Assembly: GCA_964252035.1 (NCBI GenBank) | Contig: OZ176203.1 | Length of the DNA: 64,000 nt | Reading direction: 5' to 3' (one strand) | Source of the DNA: Podarcis erhardii | Taxonomy: Eukaryota | Made by a program: the position numbers and the translations under genes | Part shown: positions 46,646 through 59,500 of the stretch, piece after piece | How the letters are laid out: each line of letters opens with the position of its first letter | How positions within the stretch are numbered: position 1 is the stretch's first letter | The notes under the pieces: generated by a model | Told to the model about the DNA's origin: nothing | The model's database searches: none | Seen by the model: only the letters and a program-made list of their open reading frames with translations

Positions 46646-47594
46646 CTGTTATTATTATTGTTGTTGTTGTTGTTGCTGTAATTACTATTTACATTTGCTA
46701 TTGTCCTAATGCCAAAGCAACATGTTATATTTCAATACAGCAATGCAATTATTAATCATTAAGCAAATACAAAGAGCTGAGCGGTTAAAATCTTCCCTCA
46801 ACCCTCTACCAAAGCAGAATTCACCATCAGTTAACTTAACAAGGGTGAAATAACCAATATAGTAAGAGAAGTTAAACACTGTTTAAAAGTAAGCATTCTC
46901 AGAAAGAGAAAGAGCATTCAAAAGTCAATTAAAATTCAAAAGAAAAATAGCATGCTTCCTAACAGAAGTAATCTGTTGATCCAGAATGGTTTCACAAGGG
47001 TCATTGACAATACATTATGATCTCTAAATGTTCTTAATGCAATCTAGAAAGCCAGAGAGGCTATAATGAAGGTAATGAAGGATCCATAATTCCCAGTGTT
47101 TTTGTAGAGGAGGGCAGAGGATGCTGAAATGAGCCAAATAAGGGCAAATGAGACACTGCCCCAATAATCTGAGTTTGCTCTCCTCCAGTTCATGCCTGCC
47201 TGCCTTCTTACTAACATTCACTCCGGGGTGGCACAGCTCGTCAACTTACTCCTCAGTCTCAGTGTTTCTATTATTGAACTCAGCAAGGAGGAGGATCCCT
47301 GGAGGGGAAAACATTTTTAGCTTTCCCCCCATACTGTTTTCATTACCAAAATAGCTCCTTCAACCTGCTATTAGAGCCCTAATGCCCTGAGCCCCAGTTG
47401 AAAGGATGGGTGTGTCATGGAACTGTATGCTGGGCAGCCGCTGACACACCATCTCTGTGTTTGGAGCATGTCAGAAGAGCCTCTACAAGCAGACCAATAT
47501 ACAGTACATGCGTAGAACTCCATGAGGAGGGGAGCCATGACCTAGTCAGGGTTCTCTCTTACTCAGAGACACACTTCAAAAGGATGGATGACAG

Positions 47595-47820
47595 GAAGAA
47601 GAAGAAGAGTTGAGATTTGATATCCCGCTTTATCGGCTAACAATCTCCTTTCCCTTCCTCCCCCACAACAAACACTCTGTGGGGTGAGTAGGGCTGAGAG
47701 ACTTCAGAGAAGTGTGACTAGCCCAAGGTCACCCAGCAGCTGCATGTGGAGGAGCGGGGAATTGAACCCGGTTCGCCAGATTACGAGTCCACTGCTCTTA
47801 ACCACTATACCACACTGGCT
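47595..47820 (-). mobile_element. Squam3-type SINE with small internal deletion
   Basis: Reverse match to the 7894 copy; (CTT)n tail. Confidence 0.88.
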
Positions 47821-48503
47821 CACTTCCACTGGGCACAACAGCAGCAGGGGGTGGGCTAGCCCACTCAGCCCCCATTCACTTTCAATACTTGGGAGGAGGA
47901 TCATGTAACACCCCCCCACACACATACCCGTCCAAGTGTTCTATGATTGGGTACATGGAGGGAAGCAGTTTTATAGAGTACAAGTAGATACTTGAAACTT
48001 AGCCTCAAGGTAAACCTGATATTAAACTTATCTGTGAATCCTTTGCTTGAGATTCTCTTTTTTCTTTCTTTCACAAAACAAACTAATAGCAGTCATGAGG
48101 GTGGGGTGAGGGAGCAGGTGTTAATTCTGGCTGGAAAAGTGGCAGGGTAGGAGAGTATTGACCTCTCCTCATGTGCCACATGATGGCATTACCTGTGCCA
48201 TCCTTCCATTGCCTCCCTGAAATAGCTCTTTGCATCAGCTAGCAACATTGGGGTGAATTAACAGTTTGGGAGAGAGATAATTTTCAGTAGGGAAACATCA
48301 TGGGGGCGAAGTTGGATAAACTTCCCCTTTCTTCAGTTTTGATGCAGATGTTGTAGGGATGGGGCTTATGACTATTTTTAGGTTTTTGTGTGGGTTTTTT
48401 AAAGAGAGAAGTACAGTATCCCAACTATGTGCGTCAAAAGTCACATTTAACTCAACCCTTAGAGAACTGAAACTAAGGTAAGTCAATTTGAGATCAGCTA
48501 TAG

Positions 48504-48759
48504 CAAGGGTCAGCAAACTTTTTCAGCAGGAAGCTGGTCCACTGTCCCTCAGACCTTGTGGGCGGGGGCCAGACTATATTTTGAAGTAAGAAAAAAAAAT
48601 GAACTCCTATGCCCCACAAATAACCCAGAGATGCATTTTAAATAAAAGGACACTTTCTACTCATGTAAAAACACACTGATTCCTAGACCGTCTGTGGGCC
48701 AGATTTAGAAGGCGATTGGGATGGATCTGGGCCCCCGGGCCTTAGTATGCCTACCCATG
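48504..48759. mobile_element. hAT-Charlie MITE
   Basis: caagggtcagcaaact ... agtatgcctacccatg; 7/8 TSD (a/c)gctatag. Confidence 0.75.
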
Positions 48760-49431
48760 CGCTATAGTAAGAGTTGCACAGCCTTAGGTGTGCTTGTTTC
48801 ATATTTCAGCCTCCTGTGGGATTTTTATTTTGTAAAGGTTTCAGCATTTCAATTTTATACAGGCCGTTTCTTAAGCTCAAATGTAAGTTCTGGGCAATGT
48901 GACCCTCTTGTTGAATTTACATACACAGAAAGTCCAAATACCAATTTGAGTCATTTAGATGTTACAACATGGGCTGTTTGGCAGTCTGTACAGGTTTCAT
49001 TTCTTTACAAAACTAGACAGCCTATTTTTTGGCAGATGACTGAGAAGGCTACCGTTCTACACATTGTTTGCAAATAAGGGAGCCGTGATGTCTTTGATGT
49101 GTGATGAACATTTTGTAACTGCAGCACTTGGGTTTAACTGTTTTCTGCAATGAACCCCATCAAGATTTGGAAAACTGAAATACCGCAAAGCAAGGAACAA
49201 ATGAGCAAATCTTAGCCAACGTTCACACCATATATTTAAATCACTATGATACCAGTTTAAACAAACAGGACTTCCCCCAAAAAAGAATTCTGGGAGATAT
49301 ACCTAGTGCTTTTTTCTGGGGGGACGCAGGGTGGTGCATACCCCTAAACATTTTTTAAGAAAAAAAGCACTGGCTATACCTTTCTCCATGCACGGCCTTC
49401 AAGACAGCTTACAAGCAAAGCATTTATGTAT

Positions 49432-49826
49432 ACTACTATTATTTATTAAATTTTTATACTTCCCTTCATCTGAAGACCACAGGGTGGTTCACAACATAAA
49501 AAGAAAAACACAAAATACATAATAAAACAAAAGCAAAGCAATAACCCCCCTTTCCTAAACAGGTTTAAAAGGATATAGAATGTTAACCAGCCAAAGGCCT
49601 GTTTTATAGAGAAACGTTTTTGCCTGGCACCTAAAGATATGTAATGAAGGCGCCAGGTGAGCCTTCTTGGGAAGAGCATTCCACAAACGAGGAGCCACCA
49701 CAGAAAAGGCACGTTCTTGTGTTGCCACCCTCTGGACCTCTCACGTAGGAGGTACATGAAGAAGGGCCTCAGATGATGGTCACAGGGTCTGAATCGCTTC
49801 ATATGGGGAGAGGCAGTCCTTGAGGT
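49432..49826 (-). mobile_element. L2-type LINE 3' fragment
   Basis: Same family as the 15045 copy. Confidence 0.75.
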
Positions 49827-50935
49827 GATGATGATGCACCCTTCAAAACTAAGTCCCAGGGCAGGTTGCAACAATTTAATGCACATCATTAGAAACAGTT
49901 TAATGCACATGACAAACTTAGGTCTATTCATTTCAGTGGGTTTACTCTGAGCATAACTCAGTTGGAAACAAGCCCCTTTTCTAATAGCAGTCACACACTT
50001 CAGTGCAGATTATGCTGCCTCCCCAGGCTCACAGTGTCATCAAAAGAGTTCAGCTTGTTGTCTGTTCCAGCTCTACTGTTCTATGATTCTATGACCAAGA
50101 GAGCAGTGCTGGATTGGGGGTGTTTGTGCAGAAGGGGGCACATGCCCTTGTGTTAGTTTTGGAGTGGTGGCAAATTACAGGCTTTCTCATGAGCATGTCC
50201 CTGTGTGTGTGCCCCTATCCAACTTTGCCTTGCTCCAAAGGGGAAGAGAAATTCAAAGTATCAGTGTGGGGTGGCCTTTCTAAGCCTCCCATACCCTCCA
50301 TTCAGGCTCCACCTGAACCAGACGGATTCACGGAGGCTCAGGAAACCTGCTCCATGTTGAAAGGCTCAATTTTCAAGTACACGCCCCCATCTCCTTTGAA
50401 GCTCAGCTGGATTTCCAAGCCTCCCTTATGCTTTGGAGAGCTCACCTGCTGCTGATCCTTTCAATCTCCAATTTCAAATCACTCTCTTCATCCTTCTCAG
50501 CTGTTGCCACTGGGCTAAACATGCTGAGATGGAGAAGCGGGGCAGCAGTGCAGACCACTGTCGCCTATTGCAAAATTTGTAGATCCAGCATTGTAAGAGA
50601 GGCAGCGCGTGCAACATGGCTGGGACTTTGATGGGCCTTTTGACAGTTGGCTTTATATACTGTACTAAAGAGTGCTGCGCACAGATAAGAGGAAAGGGTT
50701 AGCCTGCAGCATGCCAGAGGTGCTTAGAGAAGAGGAAATAAAATCAATGTACAGTTGAAACCTTGACTGTGTTGATGTGCGTTTCTTGAGCAGAGCAAGA
50801 ACATAAACAAATGACCGCAGGGCTATAAGCACCAGGCAACTGACCAGGAGGCTGACTGAATTACCCATAGGCCTGTTGCTGCAAACAATGAATTGGAAAA
50901 AGGCCCTCATTCTCGGAATTGCTTATGATGCTTAC

Positions 50936-51229
50936 CTTGTACAATGACTTGTATTTCATGGCCTGAGAGTATGCTTTCCCCCATAGTAGCTCGACACTGA
51001 TAGCGTCCACTGTCATTCTTAGAAATAGGCAAAAATTGCAAAACAAAATCATGGCCTTTCCAAAGAATATTGTGTCTTTGTCCTTGAGGCAGAATTTCAC
51101 TGTTCCTGTACCAATTTATCGTAAGATTCTCTTGGCAATCCATTACTGGGCACTTTATACTGAATGAAACGCCAGCATTTATCGTGTAGTTGGTTCCCCT
51201 TCGGACAGAAATAGTGCAGTTTTCATTCC
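50936..51229 (-). CDS. BTLA: BTLA exon 2 (Ig domain)
   Basis: ttttttcttccag| 294 nt |gtaagc, phase 1-1; NENCTISVRRG...IKCPVMDC...NWY...FVLQFLPISKNDSGRYQCRA...SGHEIQVIVQ aligns with BTLA. Confidence 0.93.
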
Positions 51230-51437
51230 CTGGAAGAAAAAAGTGGGGTGGAAATTATGCCTGACACACCTCAGATATTTTTGCATTTTTAGCGATATCA
51301 TTTCATTGGTGTCTTGTTGGTTTTCCCAGCCATGCAATACCTTTAGATGAGAAGAGCTGATTGGCAAGCTAATATGATATAAAATATTGACATCAGTCAT
51401 CTGTTATTGGTTTAATCACAGTCAAGATATTTATAAA

Positions 51438-51880
51438 TTATTATTATTATTGTTATTAGTATATTTATTTCCCCAGACTGGAACTCATGGCGGCTTACAA
51501 AGATAAAACAGAACAAGCTTAAAAACAAAGAAAAGATAATTATTTAAAATGTAATTAAACACTAACAGAATCAAAATGCTATAAAAAGATCTGTTAAAAA
51601 CATAAACAGTAACTACACATCCCAACAACACCCCTTTCCTAAAAAAACAGTCAGTTTCCAAAGGCCTGTTGGAACAAGTCTTCACCTGCCAGCAGAAGGA
51701 CAGCAATGACACAGCCAATCTAACTTCTTTAAGGAGGGAGTTCCAAAGTCTGGGAGCAGACACCATGAAGACCCTATCCAAGTGGGTGGTGGGAACAAGA
51801 GAAAGAACTCCCACAAAGAGTTCAGAGCCTGGACAGGTTTGTATGAGGGAATGTGGTATTTCAGATAACCTGGATCTTGG
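51438..51880 (-). mobile_element. L2-type LINE 3' fragment
   Basis: (TTA)n tail; aaaggcctgttggaac...gtcttcacctgccagcagaagga...gggagttccaaagtctgggagc. Confidence 0.65.
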
Positions 51881-51929
51881 CATCAGAAGTCTGTTATCAG
51901 AAGTCTAGATGACCAAACAGTTACTTCTT

Positions 51930-52216
51930 GCTACGCCCCATCATTTTGCCTGGACACTGAGGTCCAGGTCTGAGGGCCTTCTGGCGGTTCCCTGATTGCG
52001 AGAAGTGACGTTACAGGGAACCAGTAGAGGGCCTTCTCGGTAGTGACGCCCGCCCTGTGGAAAGCCCTCCCATCAGATGTCAAGGAAATAAACAACTATC
52101 TGACTATTAGAAGACATCTGAAGGCAGCCCTCTTTAGGGAAGTTTTTCATGTTTGAAGTTTTATAGTGTTTTTAATATTCTGTTGGGAGCCACCCAGAGT
52201 GGCTGGGGAAACCCTG
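51930..52216 (+). mobile_element. L2-type LINE 3' fragment running into gap
   Basis: agggccttctcggtagtg...gccctgtggaa...ccctcccatcagatgtcaagga...ctgaaggcagccct. Confidence 0.7.
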
Positions 52217-52507
52217 NNNNNNNNNNNNNNNNNNNNNNNNNNNNNNNNNNNNNNNNNNNNNNNNNNNNNNNNNNNNNNNNNNNNNNNNNNNNNNNNNNNN
52301 NNNNNNNNNNNNNNNNNNNNNNNNNNNNNNNNNNNNNNNNNNNNNNNNNNNNNNNNNNNNNNNNNNNNNNNNNNNNNNNNNNNNNNNNNNNNNNNNNNNN
52401 NNNNNNNNNNNNNNNNNNNNNNNNNNNNNNNNNNNNNNNNNNNNNNNNNNNNNNNNNNNNNNNNNNNNNNNNNNNNNNNNNNNNNNNNNNNNNNNNNNNN
52501 NNNNNNN
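52217..52507. other. Assembly gap (291 N)
   Basis: Seen directly. Confidence 1.
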
Positions 52508-52832
52508 TTTCAAAAACATGTTGAAAGCTTTTGGGCTGGTGCAGCTAACTTCCATCAACCCCAGGAATTCACAGCTTACCAGGACACTTGCTGCACCCTT
52601 CAAACCCAGCAGCTTCAGCTCCCTTACCAATGGTAGCCCTTCTTCAATGCCTACTGTGGTCAATGGAGCAGTAGGCATGGGGGAGGGGATTTGATTCCAT
52701 TTGCATTTAAAGGTGAACCTACCTAATTTGCACAGCGTGCAAACTGAAACACAGCCAACATCCTAAATTCAAATTTCTCCAAATTTTGCAGCACAGTTCT
52801 CCAGTCAAATAATGTGAGCAAAATTGCATATA

Positions 52833-53032
52833 CAGTAGTACCTCGGGTTACATACGCTTCAGGTTACAGACTCCGCTAACCCAGAAATAGTGCTTCAGGT
52901 TAAGAACTTTGCTTCAGGATGAGAACAGACATCGTGCTCCAGTGGCACAGCGGCAGCAGGAGGCCCCATTAGCTAAAGTGGTTAAGTATGGACCTCCAGA
53001 ACGAATTAAGTACTTAACCCGAGGTACCACTG
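52833..53032. mobile_element. Tc1/mariner (Tigger-like) MITE
   Basis: TIRs cagtagtacctcggg / cccgaggtaccactg, TA flanks; inverted relative of the 26876 copy. Confidence 0.85.
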
Positions 53033-53878
53033 TACCAGGGCAAAGTGTGCATAAGAATGTATACATCAGTGAAAATAACACACGGAAACGTGTTCTATTC
53101 GGAGAAATTTACTTTGCAAAAATGTGTACATTAGGCAAAAGTGGGCATATTATGAGAAATTTGCACTAAAATGCTGATGGATTTATATGGGGACTTAAAA
53201 AACCCACACCATATCATGAACTAATGAAGTGAGCTAAATTTCAGATTGGAAAAATGAGGAAACTTATTCACCTACTACCTTCTGACCAGTGACCACAAGG
53301 CAACTTCAGCTACAGAAGGTGGAAATGGAACTAGGTGTGTGACTGAAATTTGAGAACAAGGACTTATGTGGGGCTTATGTAAATTTGTGGTTTTAGGAGG
53401 AAAGCAGGCTGCAGCCAGTTTGCCACAAAAAGTGGTAGAAGAGAGTGCTGTTTGGTTGCCTGGGTCAAGTAGGCATAAATGGAATGACACGGTGCGGTTC
53501 AATAACTTGATCTGATTTACGAAGTTGAGGCGTTTTAAAAGCCACAACAATATCCTCAAGTAAGTCTTGTTCCCCTCCCCATATCTGAATAGAAGAATCT
53601 ACAATCAAGACCCAAGCACTCTCCCCTCCTGTGGTTTCCAGCAAATGGTGGAATTGCTGTCTCTGACCTTGAAGGCAGAGCATAGCCATCATGGCTGGTA
53701 GCCATCAGCAGACTTAGCCTCCAAAACACAAAATTCATGATGAGGTTGATTGCTGCCCGAAGGTGAGTGCCACTGGTTTCCTAAAATTCACAAAGACTCT
53801 TCAGCACCCAGCAGTCCAAATCCTTCAGATTTAGATTATATGGTATGAGACCACCTGCAAATTTGAAAGGCATGCAGG

Positions 53879-53894
53879 CATGTGTGTGCGCGCG

Positions 53895-53936
<42 letters not shown>

Positions 53937-53940
53937 GAGA
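53879..53940. repeat. Compound (TG)(CG)(CA)(GA) microsatellite
   Basis: Seen directly. Confidence 0.9.
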
Positions 53941-55252
53941 ATGATGCAAAAATATTTCTTTTAAATCTTGGGAACTGAAAAACTAGGTCACACTTCTCTT
54001 TGGTACTTTGAGAAACACACATTTGCTGGTTTAACATGTAGTTTCATACTTGAATATGCACTGCTGAATACAAATGAAGGTGTTAATCAACCTGGCATTA
54101 CTTTATTTATTTGCTGTATTTGTGTCCTACCTTTCCTCCAAGTTGCTCAAGGCACCATACAGGATTTTCCCTGTCTCCATTTTTCCTTCGCAATAAGGCT
54201 TTCATGTAGGATTAGGCTGAGAGATAGTGACTGGCTCACCCATGCTGACTGACACCCAGCGGGCGACACCACTGGGGGGGATATGAACCTGGGTCTCCCT
54301 GATCCTAGTCCAACACTATACCCACCTACACCACAGAACAGCCTTTGGTGATAGGGAGCCATTTCACATGTTCTAACGTTTAATTATTCATTGAAGATAA
54401 AGTGCTCTATAAAATGTTTAAAATAAATAAGTAATGTTCCAGGAAAGACAAGCTCCCATTTGTCTGCTCACAGTGGCCATAAAAACATATGGAGGTAAGG
54501 TGAAGGTATCCAAACATTTGTCTCTCCTCTGCATGGTACAATGGTTGCCACAGTCAAAGCATTTCCTGTAAAACATTAGTTGTTTTGCTTCTTTACCTTG
54601 AGTTCCAGACCGATTAAAAGCAATAAAATATTGATGCATTTAACTTTATCAGACAACTGCAGAGAGGATTTCAGAATATTACGCTCTGATTAATAGTTAG
54701 AAGCTTTCTCTCTAACCTAAACTTATTCTTGAGTAGTTTTATAGTGTGGGTACCTGCACCCTTCCAGCATTGTTAGGCCTCCAATCTCATCAACAATTGG
54801 CCATATTAATTTGCCCTTTGCACTATATTGTCATATTGCCACTCATTCTCCTGTTTTTTATACTGGAATGAACAGGATTAGTCATTTCAGCTTGTTTTCA
54901 TTATATAATGTCTCCATCCTGCTAACACTCTGCTTGCTCTTCTCTGATACTGCACCCATTATCTTCTGGAAGACACCAATTCACATATGAAGAGTGGCTG
55001 TAATTATTCAGTGAAGAAGAGAAACTTCAGCCCCATAGTGTTCGATTATAGATTAATAGTGGCTTCTCTGTTGGGGCTGAAGCCTGGTGTGAAATATTCT
55101 AAGGCTGGGAATAAGGCCCGTTATTGTACTATTTAACCCAATTTGAGCTGTAGCCTGAACTTAACAGTTGTGTCTAGCCACCTGAAAACATTTAGAAATA
55201 AAGGTTTCACACACGTTTCACTGGCATTCCGATAGATACGGCCATATCTTAC

Positions 55253-55322
55253 CATGTGCCCACGTATTCTCCAGCGTCAGCATCAGAAAGAGGGAGCACA
55301 TTGCAAAGCTACCTGCGTACAT
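55253..55322 (-). CDS. BTLA: BTLA exon 1 (signal peptide)
   Basis: gccATG...cat g|gtaaga, phase 1; MYAGSFAMCSLFLMLTLENTWAH(G); in-frame stop upstream. Confidence 0.85.
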
Positions 55323-58300
55323 GGCCTGGAATGTAGCTTCACTTCATAGTCATCGTGGAAAAGAAAGCTGATCCGTCGGGATGAAACTGTTTTTCTGGTG
55401 CAGTTTCAGCAGCTTCTTAATTCGGCTTGAGGAGGCTCATGCAGAAACACTTCAGTCACCTCAAGAAAGTGAGCCAGAGTGGAGGCGTGAGGGGATGTGA
55501 AAGAGCTCTGGCACGCTCACAACAAATCAAATTTGCTCACCGTAGAACTTCCTGCAGCCGCTGCTGGTTTCCAAAGCCTCTTGCCTCCCAAACCAGACAG
55601 AATGAAATCTGTTTTTTTTTTTTTTTTCACCTTGAAAGAGGAACTGGTGGATGGAAACAAAATGAAATACACAGAACATTTTTCAAAGAGTAGCTTCAAT
55701 TTTTTTTAAGCATTTGAAAAAGTATAGTTGTTTTTTTTTGAAAAAATAAAAAATAAAGAATTGTTGCAGCACCTCATTTGGATGTCTTCTTTCTTTTGGA
55801 AATTCATGTCACTCCTTCTAAGAGCGAACTCATGTGCTGAGTGCCAACAAAGTTGTAACCAAAATGGGAGAGCAGTGCTATTTTTCTAGAAAAAGAGGTG
55901 CTGGAACTCCCCACAAATGCCTCCCTTGTTCTCTTATAATGACCATGGCGCCCACCTGAGAGGTGCCAGAACTGTGTTCCGGCTGAAGAAAAAGCCCTGT
56001 AGAGAAGTATCAGCATGATCAGTAGGAACCCTGAATTTTGCAGAGGGGCAACAAATAAAAATACTCACACCACTGGGGCAACCCTCCCTCCAAGAACCTT
56101 CACATCAACCCTATGAGGTCTGCACATGCTCAGTAGCCATGGAATGGTGGCAAGCAGTTGCAGAATGGCTTGATGAAGGAGGGCCTGGCTGGCACCCTGA
56201 GCAGGAATACCTGTGTTATGAAATAAGAATATGCTGCAACATTTTGTTGCCCCTGCCACTTGTACACATAGCAACATGACTGAACAGAATTTCATAACAC
56301 AGATCGCTTATGGATATTAATGATAGATAATGATATACTTTTGCATTTTTGTTAACACAGAGGGAGTTAAGAGATTGTTTCTCTCACCACTGTTAATGCC
56401 AGTGAGGTTTCCTCTAATTTTGCCAAGCCAAATTAATATTTAGGGCTAATGCAGATGATGTCCTTCAGCAATGCTTGAGACTATAAGGAAAAGGCTGCAG
56501 TAATCTGGGACAGCTGTAGGAGGAAACTTCTATGTCCACAGCCTGCTCCTAATTTCTTTAATATATAGGAAGTTTTGTGGGCAAGAGGGTCCTTTAATCA
56601 GGTTGAAAAAAACTTTTCTATTTGTTATTTTAGAAGTTTGCTCACTTAGCTTATCATTGTCTCACATGCAAGAGACATCTGATAACCCGTGGGCTTATTC
56701 TGCAAAGGTATCCCAACTATGAAATGCCCTCCCCCTTGGCATACAATTGGCACCAGCTCTGATGAATCTTTGGTGCCATTTGAAAACTCTCCTATTTCAG
56801 CAGGCTTTTATGAGAGCTTAATTACCTTGGACGGGTTTGGTCCTTCTTGCTGCTATTGAGACTGTTGTGATTTTATCTGCTGCTCTTATTTCTAATTGTG
56901 TTTGTCTCCAGACAGATCCACTTGCTTTCAGTTAAAGGTGACATTCCAGAATTTTTGTGCTGTCAAAAGGATAAAATTATTTCATAGGCCAGCGGTGCTG
57001 TCATAACGTCGTCAAAACAGCTACATCTTTACATTGGTCCATTGCGCTGTACAAGAAATAAATTATTCTGGATCCGCCAGGAATGAGAAACCCGTGCCCC
57101 GCTGTTTATCCAGGTGTTTTCTTCTCCTGGGTATTTGGATAAAACAGGCTTTCCCCAATGTGGAGCCCTCCAGACACTGTTGGTCTCTTAACTCCCATCA
57201 GTCCTAGCCAATACGGCTAACAATCAAGGAGGGTGCAAACTGGAGTCCCACATTTGAAGTCCCACAGGCTCCTTATCACTCACTGAAATGACTCTTTTTA
57301 AATAAGGAAGCAAAGCCTTTATTTTAGATCATTATTATGCTACAATATAACACACTGACACATTTTTAGGCGCAATCCTAAACTCTAAGCAGGGCATCAC
57401 AGAGTGCCAACTCGACACTCCCAGTGCTCACACCAACCTGGGTGGAATGTGGAGTGGCAAGCAAAAACACCCCTTTGCTCTGTTAGCAGCCAGGCTGGTG
57501 CAGAAAAAGAAGATTAGATTCTCTCCAATGTCATGACATGAGGGTGGCAAGATCTCAGGAGAATCTAGTGGATGCTGGGCCAGGCCAGGCCTGCTTCCCC
57601 AAAACACATATCAAGGCTTTCTGCGAATGGGCTGTTAGTGGTAACATCTGCCTGTTGTTTGGGTGGGCATGTTGGGGCCCCCCCGTCAGGAGAGGCTAGC
57701 AGAGCTAGGAAGAGGGACATCTCAGCTGCACCCAAACCCCATGTAGCATGGCGGCCTGGATTGCTCTATTTTGCCAAAAGAAATAACAGAAAGGGGGGAA
57801 ACGAAAAGTAGTCAGGGCCACCTCTCTATCTGGCAGTTCTGCTATGTATCTTTTGCTGTTCAAATATGACCTTGCTGCCGTTGTTTTAAAACTCTTTATT
57901 TTGTAAAGTTAACACAGAACTTTAAAAACATAAAGACAATGAATATTCAACATGCATAAGCAAACAAAAAATATCCTAGCAGCAAATTCAAAGATGGAAC
58001 AGTAAAAAGGGATAGCAAGATTATCCATACAATATATATCTATAAATAAATGGTAATGGTTAGCACACTGTTATTTTGTTCCTTATTTCACTCAAGAAAA
58101 AAAGTTATAATGGAGACACAAAATCAGTTTAACTACATCACTATCTATCTTTGCATGGTTGTAATAGACTATTTTTTTTATTTATTTTTTAAAAAACCCT
58201 TAGGGAGTTAGGGATTTTTGAGTAGCATAAGAACATATCCTAGTTGGCAGAAACTATTTTTGCCATCTCTTGTAAACTGGACAGGTTAGTTCAAAAGTTT

Positions 58301-59384
58301 TCTCAATCCATTATAACAATCAATATAAAAACCTGAACTTTTAACTTCATAAATATGCAGGTTTGGAAATTTGGTGGGAGCCAGTTTTCAAAAGACAATT
58401 AGGTATGTCTTGACAACTATCTGAAGAACAGTAACACCTTGGTTTGTATTCAAACTTACAGGGCAGTCCAATGCATTTCTACTCAATATATTGCTCCACT
58501 GAGTTAAGTGTTAATCATGACTTAAGTTCCATTAACCTCAACAGGAACTAAATGCAACTAATTTAGGTTGTTCTCTAATGCACAGTTACTTGAGAGTAAG
58601 CCCAGTGGGACTCACTTCTGAGTAGACATGCATAGGATTGAGCTTTCGGCTTTGATCCAACCCATTATTAGCGGCGTCCTTCACCCCCAACCCAATCTGA
58701 ATGGTTTGTACAACATTAACATCTGATTGTGAAGGATGCTTCAGTAAATGTATGCTCTTTTTCAACCAGATACTCATTTTAGCATTAAGAAAGCTTAGAA
58801 ACATTTCTGTCTCACAAAAGGAGTCTTGTGTTCAATGGAGTCTAGATCAACAAAAATTGATGTATTTGAAGTTTCTGCTCTATGTCAATTGAGAACATAT
58901 GAGCAGCCAAATCCTGTACTTGGAAGCAAGTTCCATGAATTCAACATGACTTATGTTGAAGTACGCATGTACAGGACTATGGCTTTCAATAGCTATTCAA
59001 AAGCCAAATCATGTTTAGGCAACTACTCAGACCAATCTGTAAAACATTAAGTTATATTCCTTTGGCTAGGTTGCTACTAGTTACTTATTTCAGTTCTAAT
59101 TTTTACATGCACAAATGACACGAAAATAACGTGTGCAAAGGTAAACTATCCATTTTATGCTTACAGAAGTCTGGCTTTCAACAATTCTTTTCATTGGTAG
59201 AGTCAAAACAGTGATTTAATATCCTAAGGAAAAGGAATCTAATGTTACTTGTTTCCATGATTTGTACCAGTCATATGGGTTAATGGCATCATGGTGCAGC
59301 TTCCATTCTTCTACACAGCACACTTATGCACGGCCTTTTCACTTAAAACATAATGGGCCAAACAAGAACTGTTTAACTGAATGG

Positions 59385-59500
59385 TAGCCAACCAAATGTT
59401 GGTGGACTACAACTCCCATAATCTCTGAACCTTAAACCATTAAGGGTTGGTGGGAGTTGGAACCCAACAATATCTTGAGGGAACCAAGTTAGGACAGGGG
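59385..59500. mobile_element. Short palindromic hAT-type MITE, degenerate
   Basis: gactacaactcccat ... gggagttggaac symmetry. Ends approximate. Confidence 0.45.

Noticed and set aside
57797-57806. EICE-like GGAAACGAAA upstream of BTLA
   Set aside because: With 8 fixed bases, a match or two is expected by chance in 64 kb on two strands; no supporting cluster.
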